From an uncultured Candidatus Saccharibacteria bacterium (GTDB lineage: Bacteria > Patescibacteriota > Minisyncoccia > Phycocordibacterales > GWA1-40-21), in contig CAZTJK010000001.1 in the NCBI GenBank assembly GCA_964613715.1, positions 98,763 through 162,762 on the forward strand: 64,000 nt of DNA. The letters are read 5' to 3'. Below are positions 26,789-37,361 of the stretch, piece after piece. The position numbers were made by a program, and so were the translations under genes. The notes under the pieces are model-generated. The model saw nothing but the letters and a program-made list of their open reading frames with translations, searched no databases and was not told the DNA's origin. Within the stretch, counting starts at the first letter, position 1. Each line of letters begins with the position of its first letter.

Positions 26789-27490
26789 TTATTTCTGAGT
26801 AATTAAAGCATACTTTTGAAGATTTTCTATAATTTTTGGTCTAACTATCTTATTTACCCAAATAGAATATAACCAAAGAATTGTATTATAAGTTTGAGTC
26901 TCAGTCATAATATCTCTTACAAAAAATAAAGCTGCTGCATTTTGTTCAATTAATTCAATAAATGCGACATGTAATGGTATTAATGCCGAATTTTCAATAG
27001 TATTTAAATTTTTTACTTTCAGGGCAAATTCTTCTAACATGTTTAATAAACTTATATGTAAATCTAAGATTGTATCATCAATTTTTGCTGTTTCAGGATT
27101 AAAAAATATTAATAACTGATTAGTAAAATTGCTTGAATCTCTCTGCATTAAATCACTAATAATATGTTTTTCGATATGGATGCTAGGAAACAGAAAAGAA
27201 CTGTTTTTCTTTAAAAAAGCCTTGCTAGTGTGTATCCACTCCAAAAGAATTTTTTCGCGAAAAAAAGTTACCTGGTCTATTGCAGCCGCAGTAAGATCTT
27301 GTTGTTTTTTGTAAAAATAGTTTACTATAGCAATAATTAAAGAAAAAGCACCAAAACTACTTAAAACTTTTTGAATAATATCTAACTGAAATTCAGATAA
27401 AGTTTTTAATCCTATCAAATAACCAATTAAAAATAACAGAAAACCTGCAAAGCAAAGAAGGAGAAATGTTACGATGTCTTTTTTTATCAT
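26789..27490 (-). CDS. Hypothetical 2-TM membrane protein encoded in a second AT-rich island (about 28% GC)
   Basis: Two N-terminal TM helices, then a soluble domain of about 160 aa. A TAAAAT box 12 nt upstream of the ATG. Its composition matches the retron island rather than the flanking genes. Confidence 0.45.
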   Translation of the reverse strand: MIKKDIVTFLLLCFAGFLLFLIGYLIGLKTLSEFQLDIIQKVLSSFGAFSLIIAIVNYFYKKQQDLTAAAIDQVTFFREKILLEWIHTSKAFLKKNSSFLFPSIHIEKHIISDLMQRDSSNFTNQLLIFFNPETAKIDDTILDLHISLLNMLEEFALKVKNLNTIENSALIPLHVAFIELIEQNAAALFFVRDIMTETQTYNTILWLYSIWVNKIVRPKIIENLQKYALITQK

Positions 27491-27517
27491 ATCTTTATCG
27501 TAATTTTAACATATTTT

Positions 27518-28087
27518 ATGTATACTATACTTATGAAAAAGCTTCTCTATTACATAGCTATACTCACGATCATCGTGGTCGGATTCCATTATCTCTCCCC
27601 TTACCTGCCAAAAGCTGGCGCGCCGCAAGCGGCAGCATTTGCTGATCCAAAAAATGGCACGTACACTATCGAGAATGAAAAGGTTACGCTCGCGAGCGGC
27701 AAAGCGGAGCAGAGCGTGACGCCAGATTCAAGTTCGAAAGAGATCACGGAATATTTCGGGAATGTTGCTACGGGTGATGTGAATGGCGATGGTCTGCCAG
27801 ACAAGGTGTTTCTTCTCGTGCAGGCAGGCGGTGGCAGCGGCACCTTTTACTATATTGCCGTAGCGCTTGGTGCGAAAAGCGGCGGCTATACGGGTACAAA
27901 TGCAGTATTTATCGGCGACCGTATTGCTCCGCAAAGCACTGAAATAAACAAAGGAAATATCATCGTAAACTATGCAGACCGCCTGCCGGGCGAACCTTTC
28001 ACTGCCGAGCCGACCATCGGCATGTCAAAATATTTCCGAGTGACGAATGGCGTGCTTGCCGAGATAAAGAATCCGAATTCGGATTAG
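27518..28087 (+). CDS. Membrane-anchored or secreted hypothetical protein
   Basis: N-terminal TM or signal segment. GDVNGDGLPD-like motif. 189 aa. Confidence 0.45.
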   Translation: MYTILMKKLLYYIAILTIIVVGFHYLSPYLPKAGAPQAAAFADPKNGTYTIENEKVTLASGKAEQSVTPDSSSKEITEYFGNVATGDVNGDGLPDKVFLLVQAGGGSGTFYYIAVALGAKSGGYTGTNAVFIGDRIAPQSTEINKGNIIVNYADRLPGEPFTAEPTIGMSKYFRVTNGVLAEIKNPNSD

Positions 28088-29751
28088 AAATTCTTCTTCA
28101 CAAATAAGCGCACGATGCGCAACTCTTCATATGAATAGCCCTCGCCGATCTTTGCCTTCACCGGCGCAAGGAGGAAGTCGCGGTTCTCGCCGTACATGTC
28201 GCGGAATAGCATATATATTTTCTTGAATTTCGCCGCGGACACTTCATTCTTCAGATGAGCAATATCGAAATCCGGCTCTTTCTCGATGATCTTTTCTATA
28301 TGGTCGAGGACCGTGCCAAGCTTCACGCCCCGATGCTCCATGATCTCGGCAAGGCCCATCCCCTCGGCAAGCATATTGCGCGTCTCCTCGATCGGCGAAA
28401 TGCGCGCCTTCTTCCCTTTCTTGGCTTTGGCCCCGTCTGCAGGCGCGACTTTTTCCAAAAATTCTTTCTGCTTCTCTCGTATCTGATTGTCATCAAGCGA
28501 GTGGAGCCATGCCGCATCGCGATCACTTGCCTCCTGCAAGTCTTCATCAAAAAGAGCGATGTCTTCGCGGATCTCGAGCGCATTCTTGTTGAGCCCGACA
28601 AGGCGCAGGCCGGCAAGCGTGCGCACGCGCGAAAGCGCGACATAGCCCATGCCACGCTCGAAGGATTTCGAGAGATCCACTTCGACGGCGTCCAAGCTCA
28701 TGCCCTGGCTCTTGTGCACGGTGATCGCCCAGGCAAGGCGAAGCGGATACTGCGTGATCATGGCTTTCGTCTTCCCTTCTTCCTCCACGACCCAGGATTC
28801 TTTTTCCGGCACGATAACTTTGCCATTGGTAAGCATAATTTTCGGGCCGAATGCATCGCAGGCGATGACTTTGCCAAGCGTGCCGTTTGCATAGCCGGCA
28901 TCGAAATTATTCTTCACGAACATCACTCGCGCGCCAACTTTGAGACGCAGCATTTCCGGAGCAAGGCAGCTTTTTTTGAGCGCATCCACAAGCGGCTTCC
29001 TGCCCTTGTCTTCCATCTGATAGGCGAAGAGCTGTCCGGGCAATTTATTGAGCTCGGTATCATTGATACTGTCGACGTTCACATTGTGCGTATGCAGGCG
29101 CGTCGGCTCGATATCGCCGAGCTTGGCATCGTACCTCGCCCGCAAATGGCCAAGAGATTCTTCCGAAAGCCGGCTGGCGCGGATACCATTTAGAATCCTA
29201 ATGAACGCATCGTCCTTGTGGCGGAACTGCTCTTCGAGATAGCAGATTTTCAGATCGAGCTTTTTCCAGGTCTCCGATTTATAGGGAAAGAGCGATTCGG
29301 GCTCGCCCGGCTTTGATACCGGCGGGAGCTGGAAAAAATCGCCACAGAGCACGATCTGCATGCCGCCGAATGGCAATTGGTTCCGCTTCAGGTGCCGCGC
29401 AATGCGCTCGACAAGATCGAGCCGGAAATGATGCAGCATGGAGACCTCGTCGATGATGAGCACCTGCGTAGCCTTCAAGCGGTCCTGCAAGTATTTCTTT
29501 TCTTCAAGACTTTCGAGATCGTATTCAGTGAGATGGCTCGCGATGCCAAGCCCGCTCCAGGAGTGAATGGTCATGCCGCCCATATGGGTCGCAGCGATGC
29601 CGGTCGAAGCCGTGATACCGACCTCAACGCCTTTCTGGCGAAGATACTTTATATATTCATTCAGGAGATATGTCTTGCCGCTGCCTGCCGCGCCCGTGAC
29701 ATAGCAGTTGTATCCCATCTTCAATATGTCGAGCGCCTCTTTCTGAGTCAT
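28084..29751 (-). CDS. PIF1/RecD-like SF1 ATP-dependent DNA helicase
   Basis: Walker A GAAGSGKT, a DExx box LIIDEVSM and a C-terminal helicase fold. Start trimmed to MTQKEALDIL. Confidence 0.7.
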   Translation of the reverse strand: MTQKEALDILKMGYNCYVTGAAGSGKTYLLNEYIKYLRQKGVEVGITASTGIAATHMGGMTIHSWSGLGIASHLTEYDLESLEEKKYLQDRLKATQVLIIDEVSMLHHFRLDLVERIARHLKRNQLPFGGMQIVLCGDFFQLPPVSKPGEPESLFPYKSETWKKLDLKICYLEEQFRHKDDAFIRILNGIRASRLSEESLGHLRARYDAKLGDIEPTRLHTHNVNVDSINDTELNKLPGQLFAYQMEDKGRKPLVDALKKSCLAPEMLRLKVGARVMFVKNNFDAGYANGTLGKVIACDAFGPKIMLTNGKVIVPEKESWVVEEEGKTKAMITQYPLRLAWAITVHKSQGMSLDAVEVDLSKSFERGMGYVALSRVRTLAGLRLVGLNKNALEIREDIALFDEDLQEASDRDAAWLHSLDDNQIREKQKEFLEKVAPADGAKAKKGKKARISPIEETRNMLAEGMGLAEIMEHRGVKLGTVLDHIEKIIEKEPDFDIAHLKNEVSAAKFKKIYMLFRDMYGENRDFLLAPVKAKIGEGYSYEELRIVRLFVKKNF

Positions 29752-29848
29752 GGAGTGATTGTAGCATCCTGCCTTTCTGCCTTCAGGCGAAAAAGTGAAT
29801 AAAATGTTGAAAAAGAAAAACCCGCGGATCAAAGATCCGCGGGCCGCA

Positions 29849-30343
29849 TCAGATAAACTGTTTCTGAAACCACAGGTTATACAGATGCATGAACTTGATA
29901 TAGAGCGCGCGCCATTCATCGGTCGTCCGGTCAAACAGCATCTCCGTCGGGCGGATAATGCGGGCGCACTCATCAAGATCGCGCGCAAGCTTGCCTGCCA
30001 AAGCTACAAACTCCTTGCGGAGCGGCAGGCTGATAGCCACGTCGCTTTCGAGCACCCGCATGCATTGGTCGAAATTCACCACGCGCATGAAGGCATTCTT
30101 GAGCACCATATCACGACTCGGATCATCGGATGACAAGCTGAGAAACAGCTGCCAATGATCCTCGAAACCGACGAGATACCGCTTGATCAACAGCGCTATC
30201 TTGCCAGCAATCGGCTTTGTATCCGGACGAGCCGGTAGAGTGCCGAACGTGAAGACGAAATATCCAACTTCATAGACGAACCCGAGCAAAAGCGACACCG
30301 CTTCCACGAGGATCTCGAATATGAAATAGATGATATCGAGCAT
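29849..30343 (-). CDS. Hypothetical protein (164 aa)
   Basis: AAAGGAGG Shine-Dalgarno 5 nt before the ATG. A hydrophobic N-terminus. Confidence 0.5.
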   Translation of the reverse strand: MLDIIYFIFEILVEAVSLLLGFVYEVGYFVFTFGTLPARPDTKPIAGKIALLIKRYLVGFEDHWQLFLSLSSDDPSRDMVLKNAFMRVVNFDQCMRVLESDVAISLPLRKEFVALAGKLARDLDECARIIRPTEMLFDRTTDEWRALYIKFMHLYNLWFQKQFI

Positions 30344-30448
30344 GGCGTCCTCCTTTCTGAAAGAAAGAATCTAAAAAAACTTTATCATAAATAATAAAAA
30401 TGTCAATAGAAAAACCCTGTAGATGTATATCTCCAGGGTTTAACCTTG

Positions 30449-30859
30449 CTAGGAATCGAGCATTGAAGCTTCTTTCTTCGGCTCTTTTTCCAAAAACGTC
30501 TTGCCTTTCTTCGCGAGCCGCACGGTGGTGGATCCCGGAACGCCGTGGAGCAGGATCGCCATCGACCAGGCAGCTTTGCACTGGCTGTAATTCATGATGA
30601 ATTGCTCGGCCTTCTTGAGCGCTTTCTTCGCCACACGCCGATCACCGCAATTGTTCACCACGAACATGCATTGTTCGAAGCTGCACGCCGGACCGATCGC
30701 TTTCTCGAGGACCCAAGCGCGCTTGCGGGATTCGAAGCACGGGAGCGTCGTGTGATAATCGCGATATTCCTGGAATGTCCCGAATTCCGGCAGCTCCTTA
30801 TATACAGCCGAGAACAGCTTCAGAAATGCGTCACCGATCAACTGCAGAAAATCTCGCAT
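30449..30859 (-). CDS. Hypothetical Cys-containing protein (136 aa)
   Basis: CAGGAGG Shine-Dalgarno. A minus-strand terminator lies downstream (ccctggagatatacatctacaggg followed by ttttt). Confidence 0.5.
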   Translation of the reverse strand: MRDFLQLIGDAFLKLFSAVYKELPEFGTFQEYRDYHTTLPCFESRKRAWVLEKAIGPACSFEQCMFVVNNCGDRRVAKKALKKAEQFIMNYSQCKAAWSMAILLHGVPGSTTVRLAKKGKTFLEKEPKKEASMLDS

Positions 30860-30931
30860 GAAAGCCTCCTGGTGAGAATGTACAAGCTGCCCTTAGCATA
30901 CTGGAAAAAATCTTCCCGTCAAAGCAAAATT

Positions 30932-31600
30932 TTATTTGCCTTTGCGCCACTCATCTATTTTCTGGTGATTGCCGGACAAAAGAACCTTTGGTACGCGGTA
31001 TTTCTTGCCTTTATAGATGAGCGTTTCCGGCCGCGTATATACCGCGGAACTTGCCGTGCGCTCCTCCTCGCGGGAAGAGAAATTGCCGAGCACGCCCTCT
31101 ACCTGCCGTGCGATTGAATCCATCATAATCATGGCTGGCAATTCCCCGCCCGTAAGCACGAATGGGCCGACGCTCATTTTTTCTGTCTTGAAAATCGTAT
31201 TCACGCGCTCGTCGATGCCTTCGTAGCGGCCGGCAATGATGACGATATCGGTATATTTTTTCGAAGTGGCTTTTGCATACGAGGTGTCAAACTGTTTTCC
31301 GCCCGGAGACAAGAATAGGATTTTTGTTTTTTCTTTTTTCGTCTTCTTGAGTGCCTGCTCTATTGCTTTCACAACCGGCAGCGCCTGCATGACCATGCCT
31401 GGCCCCCCGCCGTACGGGATATCGTCGACACGCAGGTAGGGCTTCTTCTTTTTGGACTGGATCTTGGTGGGTACGACGAAATCGCGCGGATTGTAGAAAT
31501 GCACGGCGATTTTCTTTTCGCGGATAGCGCGCGCGAGGATTGATTCGCCAAGATACGAGGCAAATGCATCCGGGAACAGGGTGATGATATGGAAACGCAT
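30932..31600 (-). CDS. trmD: tRNA (guanine37-N1)-methyltransferase
   Basis: SPOUT-fold motifs (ILARAIREKK...VVPTKI, GRYEGIDERV). Confidence 0.85.
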   Translation of the reverse strand: MRFHIITLFPDAFASYLGESILARAIREKKIAVHFYNPRDFVVPTKIQSKKKKPYLRVDDIPYGGGPGMVMQALPVVKAIEQALKKTKKEKTKILFLSPGGKQFDTSYAKATSKKYTDIVIIAGRYEGIDERVNTIFKTEKMSVGPFVLTGGELPAMIMMDSIARQVEGVLGNFSSREEERTASSAVYTRPETLIYKGKKYRVPKVLLSGNHQKIDEWRKGK

Positions 31601-31636
31601 GATGCAGTAAGAGTAGAATAAAATGAAGGAAAAATC

Positions 31637-31670
31637 AAAAGGCGCGGGGCCGTACGGCCCCGCGCCTTTT
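31637..31670. terminator. Bidirectional Rho-independent terminator
   Basis: Hairpin ggcgcggggccgtacggccccgcgcc flanked by an A-run and a T-run. Confidence 0.6.
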
Positions 31671-31680
31671 GCATTACAAA

Positions 31681-32013
31681 CTAGAGATTGAGATCTGCGA
31701 GCGATTCGTCCACCGTCTTGGTGACCGGCTCCTTTGATACCGTCGCCATCTTGCTCATCATGCCGCCTTCCGGCTCATTGATCTTCAGGTTGACGCGGGA
31801 ATTATTCTTCATACCGACGACGCGCAAGAGCGTACGGATCGCCTTTGCCGTGTTGCCCGATCGGCCGATGATCTTGCCCATATCGGTATTGTCAACGACG
31901 AGCGTGAGGAGCACGCCCATTTCATCAACTGTTCTTGTAATCTTCACCTTGTCCGGGGAATCCACGAGTGCCTTGACGACGAGCTCGAGAAACTTTGCAT
32001 CTTGTTCTGCCAT
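31681..32013 (-). CDS. KH-domain RNA-binding protein (YlqC/UPF0109-like)
   Basis: KH GxxG motif IGRSGNTAKAIR. Sits between rpsP and trmD. Confidence 0.7.
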   Translation of the reverse strand: MAEQDAKFLELVVKALVDSPDKVKITRTVDEMGVLLTLVVDNTDMGKIIGRSGNTAKAIRTLLRVVGMKNNSRVNLKINEPEGGMMSKMATVSKEPVTKTVDESLADLNL

Positions 32014-32148
32014 GCTGATATTCAGATTTCTGATCGTGCAGTATGTCGATCAATTGATAATGACTGCCTGTCTTGATACTAGCACAGCCGGAAAAGTTCG
32101 CAAATAAAAGCCGCGCGACCTTCGGTCGCGCGGCTTGTTCTCTCATAT

Positions 32149-32538
32149 TTATGCTGCTGGGGTTTCCGCTGGAGCTGGCGCGGCCTCTGCGGCCGGTGCT
32201 GCAGGAGCTTCTTTTGCTTTCTTCGCATCTTCCTCGGCCTGCTTTGCCTTGATTGCGTTTATGATCTTGTTCTTCGGAAGGACATTGATCTTCTTGCCGG
32301 AGAGGACCTTCTGATCGATGAGGAAATTGTGCACGGTCTCGGAAACCTGCGCACCTTTGGAGATCCAGTATTTCACGCGCTCCGCGTCGATTTTGTTCAC
32401 GCCCTTCGCGCGAGGATCATAGGCGCCGATCACTTCGACTTCCTTGCCGGATTTGGCAGCAAACTTTGAATCCATGACGACAACGCGAAAAGTCGGCTCA
32501 TGAACGCGTCCTGTTCTCTGCAATCTGATGATTAACAT
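32149..32538 (-). CDS. rpsP: 30S ribosomal protein S16 with an Ala/Lys/Pro-rich C-terminal extension
   Basis: N-terminus MLIIRLQRTGRVHEPTFRVVV. Start trimmed from the track ORF. Confidence 0.85.
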   Translation of the reverse strand: MLIIRLQRTGRVHEPTFRVVVMDSKFAAKSGKEVEVIGAYDPRAKGVNKIDAERVKYWISKGAQVSETVHNFLIDQKVLSGKKINVLPKNKIINAIKAKQAEEDAKKAKEAPAAPAAEAAPAPAETPAA

Positions 32539-32624
32539 ATGTGAGGGACATACTAGCAAAAAAGGCGGAAATTGCAAGGATTCGCTAGGCAATGGCGGCT
32601 TTTTCTGCTATAGTGGCTTCTCAA

Positions 32625-34615
32625 TGCATCATACTGACAGACACGGAAAAGGCCGCTCTGCTCCATTTCACGGACGGCATCCTGAAGGAAAAACAGCGAC
32701 TGCGGAAGGCGTCATCAAGGCTATTCGCGGCAATATTGCCATATTCATCGGCATAGACGGCAAGCTCGAGGCCGAAATTTCCACGCGCCAGCTGCGTACA
32801 GCGATGTCGGGCGATACGGTAGAAGTCCGCATATTCCCTACCAAGACGAAATCCGGCAAACCGGAAGCGATGGTGCTGCGCGTCGTGAAGCGCGCAAAAA
32901 CCATCTTTGTCGGCACTGCGGAAAAAACTGAAAAAGGATTCGTCTTTTTGCCAGATGACAAACGTTTGAAGCTTTCCGTACGCATTCCGGCTGCCGGAAA
33001 CCTCGAGCACAAAGACAAAGTGCAGGTGAAGATGACGAAATGGGTCGGCTGGCCGGAATTTTCTGAAGCAGAAGTCGTGGCAAAGCTCGGCAAGAAGGGA
33101 GAGAACTCGACTGAAATGAATTCGATTGCCGTCGATCGTGGCTTTGATATCAATTTCCCGGAAGCAGTCGCGAAGGAATCACATGCCATATATGAAGCGA
33201 ACAGGAAAGTTCCGGCGGAAGAATATGCCAAGCGCCGCGACATGCGCGAGACTTTGACCTTCACCATCGACCCGAAAACCGCAAAGGATTTCGACGATGC
33301 TATTTCATTCAAGAAGCTTGCGAATGGCAATTTTGAGATCGGCGTGCATATCGCCGACGTATCGCACTATGTCCGCGAAAAGAGCGAGCTCGATAAGGAG
33401 GCGTACAAGCGCGGTTGCTCAGTGTATCTGCCCGACCGCACCATTCCCATGCTACCCTTCGAGCTTTCGGACGAGCTTTGCAGCTTGAATGAGAATGAAG
33501 AGAAGCTCGCCTTCTCCGCTATTTTCGAGCTTGATGCAAAAGCGAAGATCCATTCACGCTGGTTTGGCCGCACCGTTATCAAGTCTGCAAAACGCTTCAC
33601 CTATGAAACCGCGCAGGATGCGATCAATGACAAGTCTGCTCAATACTCCGATATTTTGAATACGCTCAATAACCTCGCGAAAATCTTGAGAAAGGAAAAA
33701 TGGCAGAAAGGCGCCATTGATTTTGAGCAGGAAGAGATCGCTTTCGAACTTGACGCGACTGGCAAGCCGATAAAGATATACAAGAAGGAGCGCCTGGATA
33801 CCCACAAGCTCGTCGAGGAATACATGCTCCTTGCAAACAAGGAGGTGGCGGAGTTCGTCTATAAATATGAGCAGAAATCCGGCAAGCTCTTCCCCCTACC
33901 ATACCGCATCCATGATCTGCCGGATAAAGAGCGTATCGCAAACCTCGCGATCTTCGTCAAAGTGCTCGGGCATGATCTCGTCGTCGGCAAGAACGGCTCG
34001 GTGACCGGCAGCGACATGCAGGCGCTCTTCGCCCAGGTGGAAGGTAAGGCCGAAGAAGCGCTCGTGAAGACGGCGGCCATCCGCTCGATGTCGAAAGCTA
34101 TCTATTCCGTGAAGAATATCGGCCACTTCGGCCTGGCATTCGAATACTATGCGCATTTCACCTCCCCGATCCGCCGCTATCCGGACATGCTCGTGCACCG
34201 CATGCTTGCGAATATCCTCGACACGCATGCCGTATCCGAAAAGAATCTCGCGTTTTATGAGAATGCCTGCGCGCATGCTACCGATCAGGAAATCAAGGCG
34301 GCCGAGGCCGAGCGCGATGGCAAGAAATACAAGCAAATCGAATACATGCTCGACAAAGTCGGCAAGACATTTGACGGCCTGATTACTGGTGTCACTGAAT
34401 GGGGCATCTATGCAGAAGATACGGAAACAAAAGCTGAAGGCATGATAAAGCTCGGCTCTTTGACTGATGATTTCTATGTCCTCGATGCTAAGAACTATGC
34501 GATTGTCGGGGAAAAGAACAAGAAAAAATACTCACTTGGACAGAAGATAAAAATAAAGCTCGTAAATGCCGATCTCGACAAGAAGATTATGGATTACGAG
34601 CTCGTCAGTGCATAA
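32625..34615 (+). CDS. rnr: Ribonuclease R / RNase II family exoribonuclease
   Basis: RNB catalytic motif HFGLAFEYYAHFTSPIRRYPD. A C-terminal S1-like domain. The start is uncertain (MHHTD...). Confidence 0.8.
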
Positions 34616-34617
34616 AC

Positions 34618-34650
34618 AGAAAACCCGCGAAAAATCTTCGCGGGTTTTTC
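34618..34650. terminator. Bidirectional Rho-independent terminator
   Basis: Hairpin aaacccgcgaaaaatcttcgcgggttt followed by tt. Confidence 0.6.
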
Positions 34651-34651
34651 A

Positions 34652-34936
34652 TTAGGATTTTTTGATCGTCTTATAGCGCTCAAAAGTGAGCGGATCGGTC
34701 TGCACGTCCCAATGTACGGGCCACATCTTCCTGATAAGCCAGGTACCCGGCCACAAAAAGATGCCGAGGCAGAATCCGCCAAAACTATTATCACGCCGAT
34801 CGAAAGGCTTCACATAGCACCGGTATGCAAGCCAGGCTTCCTTTCCATGAGCGCGTATCAAGCAGCACGCGAACAGATTCACCAGAAGCCAAATCGTTAT
34901 GATCAGCATCAAAACAAGCAAACTCTTCGAGTCCAT
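34652..34936 (-). CDS. Small membrane protein (94 aa)
   Basis: GAAGGAG Shine-Dalgarno 6 nt before MDSKS. Two hydrophobic helices. Confidence 0.45.
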   Translation of the reverse strand: MDSKSLLVLMLIITIWLLVNLFACCLIRAHGKEAWLAYRCYVKPFDRRDNSFGGFCLGIFLWPGTWLIRKMWPVHWDVQTDPLTFERYKTIKKS

Positions 34937-35009
34937 GACATACTCCTTCATGACAGATTGGAAATTGCTTCTGGCGAGATAATACCACTGATTCTCGAAT
35001 TGTCAAAAA

Positions 35010-37301
35010 TTATTTCGCCACCTGCACTGCTTCTTCAAACTGTATGGAAAGCAAACGCGAGACACCGTCGGCGCCCATGGTGACGCCATAAATGATGCCG
35101 GCGCGGGACATGGTCTCGCGGTTATGCGTGATGAGGATGAGCTGCGAGTATTTGGAAAGTTCTGCGATCATGTCGCCGTATTTCTTTGAGTTTGCCTCGT
35201 CGAGCGCAGCATCGGTCTCATCAAGAATGATGAATGGCGGCGGGTTCACGGCAGAAATAGCGAAAAGGAGTGCGATGGAGGTAAGCGCGCGCTCGCCGCC
35301 CGAGAGCATCATGAGGCCCTTCACTTTCTTCCGGGGCAAGGACACCTCGATATCAAGACCCTCCTCGGCTTCCTCTTCAGCCTCGGCAAGGTCCTCACCA
35401 TCATCCCCTGTCGGCAGGTCAGTATCTGCGCGCTTGCGTTTCTTTTCCTTTACGACGGAGAGTGATGCTGCGCCGCCGCCGAACATCGCGGTGAAGAATT
35501 TCTCGAACTCGGCATTGATCTTGGCAACGCCATTCTTGAACTCGCTCGTGAGCTTCTCGTCGAGCTCCTTGATGAGATTCTTCAATGATTCGGCTGATTT
35601 GATGAGATCCTCAAGCTCGCGCGCAAGAAAGACATCACGCTCGCTCGTCTCCTTGTATTCTTTCACGATATCATCGCTGCCGGCAACGCCCGCGTCCTCG
35701 AGGCGGATCTTTATCTTCTCGATATCGCGGCGACGCTCTTCCTGCGCAGTTCTCGGCTCTTTCGCCACCTGCTCGATAGTAAGCGCCGTGCCGTTTTCCG
35801 TCGGCCAGAAATCCTTGTAGCGGAGCGCTTGCACGCCGACAAGCACGGAACCTTCCTGCAATTCCCGCTTGAATTCCTCCTCGTCATGGCGCACTTTCGC
35901 TTCGCGCGCTTCTACCTGCGCGAGCTTGCCGCGGATATCATTCTGCTCGGCCACGATGCGGAACATCGCCTTTTCGGCATCGCGGTTCGAATCGCGCTCT
36001 TTTTCGATCTCATTCTTGAGAAACGTATACTGCTCGGAAAGCTCTGTCTCCATCTTATCCGCATCGGCCATTTTGGCTTCATTGGTCTTCTTTTCGGCTT
36101 CGAGCTTCCTGACATCGTTTTCGATATCGCTCATTTCCTGCTTTGCTTCGGTCTCGCGATGCTTCTGGATAAATTCAGAAAGGATTTTGCGGATAGCGGA
36201 GAAAATCTGGCGTAGCTTCGATGGGTCCGGGCTCTGCATAGCTGCATCGATCTCAAGATCTATCTGCTTTGCCAGATTCTCCACGCTGGCAAGCTCGACT
36301 GTTTTCTTCAGGCTATTGGCGCTTGCTTCTTTCTGTTTTTGCAGAAGGCGCAAGAGCGACGCTATCTCGCCTTCGATGCGACCAATTGCGCGGGACAATG
36401 CATCTTTTGCGCTGCGAGCATCTTTCAGCTTGCCTTCGACGCGCATGACGTCGCTCGTCTTTTCGTCTTTCGATGACGACTTCGCAAGCGTCTCGCGCGC
36501 AGCGGCAAGGTCTTTTTCAAGCCGTTCGCTTGTCTTTGCAAGCGGCGCTTTCTCATCAGCAACAGCCTTTTTCTCGAAATTGACATACTCCTCCTCGCGG
36601 CGGAAATACTCGTGATACATAGCCACGAGACTATCCTTCATCTCAATCGTTTTCTCGATCTTTTCCACCTGCTTTTTTAGGAAGCGGATATGCGGCGCGA
36701 TTTCGCGGCGGAGCGACTCCACCTGCTTGATATTTTCATCCGTCTTCTCAAGCTTGCGCTCGCTTTCCTCTTTTTTATATTGAAATATCTTTAGGCCAAG
36801 CGCGTCCTCGATGATCTCCCGGCGCTCGCGGATATTGGCATTCAAAATGCGATCTGCTTCGCCCTGCGAGATAATCTGGTGGCCCGAAGCACCGATATGC
36901 GCATTCGCCAGAAGCTCGATAATGTCTTTGAGACGCACTGGTGAGCCATTGATCAGGTATTCGCTTGATGAATCGCGGTTCACGACACGCTCGATGGCAA
37001 CATCGTCAAAATCAATATTGAGAATGCGCTCGATATTGTTGAAGACGAGCTTTACCGATGCGCGGTTCGATCGTGGCGCATCCTTGCCACCATTAAAAAT
37101 GAGGTCTTCCGCCCGCTTGCCGCGCAGCGACTTGATGGACTGCTCGCCGAGCACGAAACGGAATGCTTCTGCCACATTCGACTTACCCGAGCCATTTGGG
37201 CCGACGATCGCGGCGATCGGCGTGGTGAATTCGAGCGCGCCTTTCTTGCCGAATGACTTGAATCCGGAGATTTCGATGCTTTTGAGATACATTGGCTCCA
37301 T
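35010..37301 (-). CDS. SMC-family ATPase (compact chromosome-segregation SMC or RecN/SbcC-like), 763 aa
   Basis: Walker A GPNGSGKSN, a long coiled coil, then the signature LSGGERALTS and D-loop ILDETDAALD. Confidence 0.7.
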   Translation of the reverse strand: MEPMYLKSIEISGFKSFGKKGALEFTTPIAAIVGPNGSGKSNVAEAFRFVLGEQSIKSLRGKRAEDLIFNGGKDAPRSNRASVKLVFNNIERILNIDFDDVAIERVVNRDSSSEYLINGSPVRLKDIIELLANAHIGASGHQIISQGEADRILNANIRERREIIEDALGLKIFQYKKEESERKLEKTDENIKQVESLRREIAPHIRFLKKQVEKIEKTIEMKDSLVAMYHEYFRREEEYVNFEKKAVADEKAPLAKTSERLEKDLAAARETLAKSSSKDEKTSDVMRVEGKLKDARSAKDALSRAIGRIEGEIASLLRLLQKQKEASANSLKKTVELASVENLAKQIDLEIDAAMQSPDPSKLRQIFSAIRKILSEFIQKHRETEAKQEMSDIENDVRKLEAEKKTNEAKMADADKMETELSEQYTFLKNEIEKERDSNRDAEKAMFRIVAEQNDIRGKLAQVEAREAKVRHDEEEFKRELQEGSVLVGVQALRYKDFWPTENGTALTIEQVAKEPRTAQEERRRDIEKIKIRLEDAGVAGSDDIVKEYKETSERDVFLARELEDLIKSAESLKNLIKELDEKLTSEFKNGVAKINAEFEKFFTAMFGGGAASLSVVKEKKRKRADTDLPTGDDGEDLAEAEEEAEEGLDIEVSLPRKKVKGLMMLSGGERALTSIALLFAISAVNPPPFIILDETDAALDEANSKKYGDMIAELSKYSQLILITHNRETMSRAGIIYGVTMGADGVSRLLSIQFEEAVQVAK

Positions 37302-37361
37302 TCTAGCAGATCCGAGGAAAGAAAAAAGGCCGGTTCTGCCTTGCAGAACCGGCCTTTTTTC

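Noticed and set aside
28255-29193. 312-aa plus-strand ORF
   Set aside because: Antisense to the PIF1/RecD-like helicase gene.
35092-36615. Several 120-250-aa plus-strand ORFs (35092, 35829, 35869)
   Set aside because: Ser/Arg-rich antisense frames inside the SMC-like gene.
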